64,000 nt of DNA from Eledone cirrhosa (taxonomy: Eukaryota): positions 29,140,001 through 29,204,000 of the forward strand of contig OZ024745.1 in assembly GCA_964016885.1 (NCBI GenBank), written 5' to 3'. Under the pieces are notes generated by a model. That model was not told the DNA's origin. It searched no databases and saw only the letters and a list, made by a program, of their open reading frames with translations. Every line of letters begins with the position of its first letter. Position 1 is the stretch's first letter. This document shows positions 58,397-64,000 of the stretch, piece by piece. Position numbers and translations under genes: made by a program.

Positions 58397-58995
58397 AGAA
58401 GGTCTTGGACAACAGACTTGCTATTGGGAGACTTAAGAAATAACAACTTAAAAATTGAAATCTCATTTTATACAGGGCCATAGTCCTTACTCCTCTGATA
58501 TATGGCTCTGAGTTGTGGGTCTTGACACAGAGCACCCATCTGGAGGGATTCCACTAATGCTGTCTGTGTATCAAATTAAACATCCACTCGAGTGACTGTC
58601 ATTAACACAGAGGTCCTCGAGAAAGCCCAGACCACCAGTGTCAAGGCCACTCTTATAAAGAAACTGCTGCTCTGGGTGGGGCATGTTTCCAGAATGGTAG
58701 ACCATTTCCTGCCAAAGATCATACTCTATGGAGAATTATCTTCTCACCCAAGAAGTGGTATAAAGACATGTTAAAAAGGACTCTGAAAGTATGTAACATC
58801 AACTCCCACCAGAGGACCACCCAGGCTGCTGACTGCAATGCTTGGTACTGCACCATCCTGTAGGCTACCAACACATTGGTGGAAGGGCTGTGTCATAACG
58901 GAGCCAAGCGAAACACAGACATTTCCCTGCTGCCACTGTAAATGAATCTGCTGATCTAGGATCAGTCACATCAGTCATCAGTGGGCATGCATGCA
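58397..58995 (+). mobile_element. Decayed RTE-clade LINE, 3' segment of the ORF
   Basis: With stops and frameshifts: DNRLA..GRL, YRAIVLTPLIYGSELWVL, NTEVLEKA, LLWVGHVSRMVDHFLPKIILYGEL, YKDMLKRTLKVCNI, AADCNAW and the terminal zinc-finger remnant FPCCHCK*IC*SRISHISHQWAC. Confidence 0.9.
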
Positions 58996-59249
58996 GGAGA
59001 TCTCTATGAGAACCTGGCAGATATGTGACATGGGCCTCACCTTGGCCTGGAAGCAGGTTCACAACAGGATTTGCAAGTGTGCTGGTTGGAAGGTGGGCTG
59101 AGACCTCAGAGCTTAATGCTCCATAAGGAGCAGGAGGAACTACAGATTAAGACTTGTTACTGAAGTCACTAATAGAATTTGAACCCTTGCTTCAGTTTTA
59201 TTCTAATGCTGCAGGTATAACTGCATTGTTTTGTTGTCTTCTTTCTCTA

Positions 59250-59269
59250 ATATATATATATATATATAT
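59250..59269. repeat. (AT)n microsatellite just upstream of the exon B acceptor
   Basis: About 10 AT units ending 15 nt before the exon. Confidence 0.95.
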
Positions 59270-59284
59270 CTTTATACTCATCAG

Positions 59285-59346
59285 CATTCAATCCTGGATG
59301 AACCTATCACAGAGGCTGTGTGTATCTTGGCAAACACTGATGAATG
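59285..59346 (+). CDS. FNIP: FNIP coding exon B
   Basis: CATCAG|CAT...GAATG|GTACGT, 62 nt. Encodes HSILDEPITEAVCILANTDE(W); recalled vertebrate FNIP1 has [21 protein letters not shown]. Phase matches exons A and C. Confidence 0.95.
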
Positions 59347-59422
59347 GTACGTACTAACAACTACTGAGCTCTTTCACTGATGGTTGCCATCATTTTGATG
59401 GGAGGTGGGCAGCACTCCTGTG

Positions 59423-59520
59423 ATCATCATCACAGGAGGTTAAATGAGTACTCTCCAGTGCAATGTCCTTCCAATCATCTCTTTCTTTTGTCATCTCCTT
59501 TGTTTGGAGATGTAATACAT
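59423..59520 (-). mobile_element. Short 3'-terminal fragment of a second RTE-like LINE family
   Basis: Minus strand LHLQTKEMTKERDDWKDIALESTHLT followed by a (GAT)n tail; same motif as the + strand fragments downstream. Confidence 0.65.
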
Positions 59521-59534
59521 ATGGAAAATGAGCA

Positions 59535-59845
59535 CTGAGTGAAGAAGTGCCAAGAGTTCCAAGTGAAAGAAGCTGTGTGAAAGAGGGACCAAGAATGATG
59601 TGAGCAGAAGAAGTGAGAGCTGATCTCAAGAAACTACACCTCACAAAGGAGATGATATAGGAAAGAAACAAATAGAGAGGTGGTGTACTGGATAGGTCCT
59701 GTCTAACCCATATTGGGGTGGGGAAACTGGACCTCAAGAAACTAACCCTCATAAAGGAATAAAACAGGTAGAAAGATGCTGTGCTGGAGAAGACCTGTCT
59801 AACCCATGCCAGCATAAAAAATATGGATGTAAAACTGATGATGAT
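59535..59845 (+). mobile_element. Two tandem 3'-terminal RTE-like LINE fragments with a (GAT)n tail
   Basis: EEVRADLKKLHLTKEMI..VLDRSCLTH, then DLKKLTLIKE..AVLEKTCLTHASIKN followed by TGATGATGAT. CTCAAGAAACTA and CCTGTCTAACCCAT each occur twice. Confidence 0.75.
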
Positions 59846-59890
59846 TATCTTGGTAACAATGTCTAATTGTTGTTCATGTGTTGCTTACAG

Positions 59891-60017
59891 GAATGTCACA
59901 ATTGCCAGTAGCTGCAGAATTGATAAATGTCCAATTCCTTGCTCTGCTTCTCGCCTTGTCTGTGATATGGTGGAATCGGTGTCAGATCTATGGAAGTTAA
60001 AAATGAGCCCAGAATTT
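59891..60017 (+). CDS. FNIP: FNIP coding exon C
   Basis: TTGCTTACAG|G...GAATTT|GTGAGT, 127 nt. Encodes (W)NVTIASSCRIDKCPIPCSASRLVCDMVESVSDLWKLKMSPEF; recalled FNIP1 has WTVQVASS...[23 protein letters not shown]. Confidence 0.93.
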
Positions 60018-60046
60018 GTGAGTACATTAGCTTTTTTTTTTATTTC

Positions 60047-60092
60047 AAACCATACTAGCATGGAAGAATGGACATTAGATAATGATGATGAT
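60047..60092 (+). mobile_element. Very short 3'-end remnant of the same RTE-related family
   Basis: AACCATACTAGCATGGAAGAATGGACATTAGATAATGATGATGAT, similar to 59801-59845. Confidence 0.6.
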
Positions 60093-60440
60093 TAGCTTTC
60101 TCTCTTTTTTTATTACCAACTACTTTACAGAGTGTACTGGGTGTATTTTATCATGACACTGACACTGGAAAGGATATCATATCTACCCTGTAATGTCTAG
60201 GTTCATCATTCCTTCTTTTACCATATAACTGGGTAAGAGAAAGAGAGGGTGATAAAAAAGAGGGAACACGGGCTGATAGTGATAGATGAGAGGTAGAAGA
60301 GAGAGTGAGTGTGAAAGGGTGTTAGTTGAGCGTGAGAAAGTGATAGATGAGAGTGAGGAAAAAGAACCAGATTGTTCATGTCTACCTTAACAAAAACCAC
60401 TTTCTCTGATTAATTTTAATTGGCATAGAACCAATTTATT

Positions 60441-60590
60441 CATCATCACCATCGTCATTTTACGTCCGCTTTTCCCTGCTTGCAAGGGTGGGACGGGAAC
60501 TGATTCTGGCTTCATTTCTACAGCTGGATGCCCTTCCTAACACCAACCTCATTTACAGTGAGTGCTGAGTGCTTTTTTTCCGTGGTGCCT
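60441..60590 (-). mobile_element. Interspersed repeat carrying the same RTE-related 3' end; a related remnant lies near 60112-60170
   Basis: CATCATC...TTTTACGTCCGCTTTTCCCTGCTTGCAAGGGTGGGACGG, then GGATGCCCTTCCTAACACCAACC...TTTACAG..GTGCTTTTT. Recalled as an abundant octopus repeat; family name not assigned. Confidence 0.7.
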
Positions 60591-60599
60591 ACACGTCCA

Positions 60600-60780
60600 C
60601 TTTACAGTGGAATGATATGGACCCCAGTCCCTATCATCTCATTTATACAGCTGAGTAAACTGGAGCAATGTGAAATAAAGTGTCTTGCTCAAGGAAACAA
60701 CACATCACTCGGTCTGAGAATTGAACTCACAACCTTTCGATTGCAAGGCCAATGCTCTAACCACTAAGCCATGTGCCTCC
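60600..60780 (-). mobile_element. tRNA-derived SINE with a CORE-like central domain
   Basis: Minus strand GGAGGCACATGGCTTAGTGGTTAG (A box)...GAGTTCAATTC (B box), then CCTTGAGCAAGACACTTTATTTCACATTGCTCCAGTTTACTCAGCTGTATAAATG, similar to the MIR CORE domain. The 3' boundary is approximate. Confidence 0.85.
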
Positions 60781-60789
60781 ATGCTATTC

Positions 60790-60791
<2 letters not shown>

Positions 60792-60833
<42 letters not shown>

Positions 60834-60842
60834 AGTGTGTGT
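60792..60842. repeat. (TA)n(TG)n compound microsatellite
   Basis: Read directly from the sequence. Confidence 0.95.
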
Positions 60843-61104
60843 TTATATATTTAAATATTCTTTTCTTTTTTCCTCTTTTCTCTTTCTGTATTCTAATATT
60901 TCTCAGTGAAGTATTAATTATAATTACAGTAATATGTGGAATAACTTCATGAACTTTTCTGAACATATTTCTGGCCTGCCTGATTGTTGCCAAATCCAAC
61001 CCTCCCACTGCCCTTACCTCCACCTTCCTAAAGGATGCTTTTACCTATGTACATATATGATATGGTTAATGACAGCTCCCTAAGTTGACTGTAACTATGC
61101 TATA

Positions 61105-61450
61105 TGTGGAGCAGACATTGTCTCCGTAAGCTACTTCGAAGGCATCATTTGGGATAAAGTGGGCAGACAAGGGCACCGTAAAGTGCAGAGAAATGTCTGC
61201 CTGTCGAGATCAGTATATCGGAGTAAATATAACTGAACAGGATGGTTATAGGTTTCTCTCCATAAGTCACATGCAAGGCAAGCTGACTAGGAGTACAGTT
61301 CTTCTGAATAAATAGGATTGCATGGAGTATACATAGCTGCTGTAAGCTACAGGGTAAGGCAGCCCAGTTATCAGGGTAGTGACTTCAAATAAATATGACT
61401 GCATGGGGTAGACATGGGCTCTGTAAACTACAGGGAAGGCAGCCTCTAAT
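61105..61450. repeat. Old degenerate direct repeats; best pair has an 81-bp period
   Basis: AATAAATAGGATTGCATGGAGTATACATAGCTGCTGTAAGCTACAGGGTAAGGCAGC at 61307 versus AATAAATATGACTGCATGGGGTAGACATGGGCTCTGTAAACTACAGGGAAGGCAGC at 61388. Weaker copies lie near 61111 and 61163. Confidence 0.7.
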
Positions 61451-61621
61451 GACAACAAATAAAGTTTGACCCTGCAAAAAACTATGAAAAGCAACATATA
61501 AGATTCACACAAATTGTGTATAACAGTGTATGTGTACCCGTGTTTATATATATATGTATATTTCCATTGTAGTTGTCCTACTGTATTCATCAGTTTTCTA
61601 TTCATGTATCTTCTATAACAG

Positions 61622-61737
61622 TGTATGATGCATCTGGAAGACCGACTACAAGAGATCTATTTCAAAAGTATGATGTTGGTAGAATATGCCCACGGAATTA
61701 ACAAACCTTCTATGAAAGAACTAACAACAATGTTAGG
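61622..61737 (+). CDS. FNIP: FNIP coding exon D
   Basis: CTATAACAG|TGT...TTAGG|GTAAGT, 116 nt. Encodes [38 protein letters not shown](G); recalled FNIP1 has [23 protein letters not shown]...KELGVVLG. Confidence 0.96.
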
Positions 61738-61910
61738 GTAAGTATTCCTACATGAAACATGTGGTACTCATATGAAAACTGACTAAGTGTTTGTTAATAT
61801 AGATTTTACTACATTAACAATTTCGTTAGGATATTTTTAACAATGCACTGGAGTAATTGGTGGGCTTATGCCAAAAGTAGAAACATTATTATTATCGTGA
61901 TGATGATGAT

Positions 61911-62116
61911 CAGTATCGGTAGAGCGTCTCACAACATGCATTGTGGCATATAGTTACAGCCTTTTATGTTCTGAGTTCAAATCCTGCTGTGATTAGCTTT
62001 GCTTTTCATCCTTATGGGGTCAATAAGATAAAGTGCTAGTCACATACTGGGGTCGATTTAATCGACTTTTCCCCCTAAAATTGCTGGCCTTGTCTCTAAA
62101 TCAGAAACCATTATTA

Positions 62117-62157
<41 letters not shown>
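61911..62157 (+). mobile_element. Octopus-type tRNA-derived SINE (Deu/Nin-like central domain) with an (ATT)n tail; 3' remnant of another copy near 61860-61893
   Basis: B box GAGTTCAAATCC, central GCTTTTCATCCTTATGGGGTCAATAAGATAAAGTGCTAG, then ACTGGGGTCGATTTAATCGAC...AAAATTGCTGGCCTTGT..GAAACC and about 16 ATT units. The 5' head and A box are degraded. Confidence 0.85.
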
Positions 62158-62161
62158 TCAG

Positions 62162-62228
62162 GTTTGATGCCAGTGATATCCCACTGTTGTTGGCTGTAGC
62201 ATCGACTCATTCCAGCCAAGCTGCATGA
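62162..62228 (+). CDS. FNIP: FNIP terminal coding exon E, including the TGA stop
   Basis: TTATTTCAG|G TTT GAT...GCA TGA. Encodes (G)FDASDIPLLLAVASTHSSQAA*; recalled FNIP1 has [26 protein letters not shown]. The five exons total 541 nt in one open frame. Confidence 0.95.
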
Positions 62229-62334
62229 ACTGGTGACAACAGCAGCAACTACAGCAACAACTGCAGCAGAACACTGGCACATCATTATTACAGTTTACCT
62301 ATTTCCTCAAAACCAGAGAAGAGAAGAAAAAAAC

Positions 62335-62346
62335 ACATACTCACAT

Positions 62347-62387
<41 letters not shown>

Positions 62388-62650
62388 AACATACACTCCT
62401 GTAAGCATGTACATACATGCATACTTATTTGTACTCTTGCGCATACATATGCACACGTATACATACAAATGTATGCACACATGTACATACATACTTACAA
62501 ATATATGCACATATATACATACAAATGTGTGCTCACATATACATACATATATGCATACAAATGTGCTCACACGTGTACATACATACAAATATATGTACAC
62601 ATACGTACATATATACATTCAAATGTGTGCACACATATATATATAGACAC
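62335..62650. repeat. CA/TA-rich compound microsatellite (CATA, CACA, TA) in the putative 3' UTR
   Basis: Low complexity, with a recurring ACAAATRTRTGC motif. Confidence 0.9.
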
Positions 62651-62906
62651 AAACTGAAAAGAGAATGAATGGATGGATGAAAGGAAGATAATGGTTGAAA
62701 ATGGTTTATTTATATCACAATGTTAACCCTTTCCATTCTCGCCACACACTAAAACGCTCCATATTCCACTCCCACCCCGCTACACCCTGGAGACAAATCC
62801 ACGGATGGCTGTCAATTTCATTGCCTTCCAAGACCAGGTTTTCACATATGTGTGAGGAGGACATTTACACACACACAAATATGTATGTATAAACGTGTGT
62901 GTTCAT

Positions 62907-63019
62907 CATCATTGTTTAAGGTCTGTTTTCCATGCTGACATGGGTGGGTTAAGTTGTCTGAAAATATGACAAACTGTCAAACTCATGCCAGCATGAAAAA
63001 CAGACCTAAAACGATGATG
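62907..63019. repeat. Inverted repeat with 39-bp arms, formed by two opposed RTE-related 3' ends
   Basis: 62907-62945 pairs with 62981-63019: 34 Watson-Crick pairs, 2 G.U pairs, 3 mismatches, 35-nt spacer. Confidence 0.9.
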
Positions 63020-63023
63020 TTCT

Positions 63024-63237
63024 CACACACACACACACACTCACACACATATACGTTGTCTATGTATGTGTGTATACATATATATGCATATGTATATCTG
63101 TATATATATAATGTGTATGTGTGTGTGTATATACATATGTGTATATATGTATATATACATATATATGTATATGTATATATATATATATGTCTATATATAT
63201 GTATGTATATATATATATATATATATGTGTATGTATG

Positions 63238-63289
<52 letters not shown>

Positions 63290-63342
63290 CATATATACAT
63301 ATAGATATACACACATACACACTCACACATGTATATATACAT
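63024..63342. repeat. (CA)n, (TATG/TA)n and (CATA)n compound microsatellite
   Basis: Read directly from the sequence; source of the spurious Y/I-rich ORFs. Confidence 0.92.
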
Positions 63343-63678
63343 ATTTCAAAACAGATCAACTTATTTTGCATCAAGATAAGAAGATCGATGTTAGAGCTGT
63401 TGTTCGAAGGACAAGTTTTGAACAGTTTGCCATCTCATTCTCTCACTCTCCATTCCTTCACTCTCTATCCCTCTCTCTTCCTGCTGCTACCCTTGTTTTA
63501 CTTTATCCACCCCTTTCGTCCTTTGCACCACCACCACCACTACTACCACCTCCCCTCTCTCTGTTATATAACTAAATGGTTGCTTGATCTGAAAGTTGGA
63601 TATGCTAGGCTGTAAGTTATGTCCCAACTGTTGTGTTAATTGTACGATAAGTCACAGCTCATGTGTTGGCTCAGAGTA

Positions 63679-63724
63679 ATATATATATATATATCTATAT
63701 CTATCTATCTATCTATATATATAT
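63679..63724. repeat. (AT)n(ATCT)n microsatellite
   Basis: Read directly from the sequence. Confidence 0.92.
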
Positions 63725-63794
63725 TACAACTGTTGTGTTAACATTTCAACACATGTTGACCAACAAAAGATATGTCACAACTGTTAAGATCTTC

Positions 63795-63873
63795 ATTAAA
63801 CAATAAATTAAATTTTTGCATCAATCATCAGAAATATGTGATTGTGGTATTTACCTGGAGTTGTTTGTTGTTT
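63795..63873 (+). terminator. Candidate FNIP cleavage/polyadenylation region
   Basis: Clustered ATTAAA (63795), AATAAA (63802) and ATTAAA (63807), followed by a GT-rich tract (TGTGATTGTGG...GTTGTTTGTTGTTT). First AATAAA I see after the stop; implies a 3' UTR of about 1.6 kb. No transcript evidence. Confidence 0.45.
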
Positions 63874-64000
63874 ATATACCTGTATATAGGTTTACCTGGC
63901 CTGGAAGTAGGCCTGTTACAAGGCTTTCAGTCATGCCAAATAGAAATCTATTATCACGCAATACTTCATGGCAAGCAAAGTAACTAAAGAAGATAAATGT

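Noticed and set aside
58118-58995. Active or domesticated reverse transcriptase linked to the satellite
   Set aside because: The catalytic FADD motif is deleted, there are many stops and frameshifts, and nothing in the sequence ties it to the 21-mer.
60700-60780. tRNA gene
   Set aside because: A and B boxes are present, but the sequence continues into a CORE-like SINE body and I could not build a convincing acceptor stem.
62226-62340. Stop-codon readthrough or selenocysteine extension after the FNIP TGA
   Set aside because: The stop lies about where FNIP homologues end, the context (TGA A) is not the leaky TGA-CTA type, the downstream frame is low complexity, and no SECIS was recognised.
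62288-63615. Many Y/I/H/T/C/V-rich ORFs on both strands
   Set aside because: These are translations of TA/CA/TG microsatellites.

Overview
Eukaryotic (animal) genomic DNA, most likely a coleoid cephalopod such as Octopus, judged from the SINE and RTE-LINE families present. Bases 1-57554 are one uninterrupted AT-rich 21-bp satellite (consensus CTATATAAACTATAGTAACTT, about 2,740 monomers, open at the left edge) built from nested multi-kb duplications. It stops 83 nt before an internal coding exon. Bases 57638-62228 hold the last five coding exons (+ strand, all GT-AG, phases consistent) of a folliculin-interacting protein gene (FNIP1/2-like, C-terminal domain), which the ORF track largely misses. 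The satellite therefore appears to fill a giant intron of an intact conserved gene. The other introns and the putative 3' UTR contain a 14-bp minisatellite that starts at a splice donor, a 5'-inverted RTE LINE, several RTE 3'-end fragments, two tRNA-derived SINEs (one supplies the sequence just upstream of the last acceptor), microsatellites and a 39-bp-arm hairpin. The very long (IVYIEVT)n and (YINYSNF)n ORFs are best explained as a by-product of the 21-bp period. All homology calls come from recalled motifs; no database search was run.
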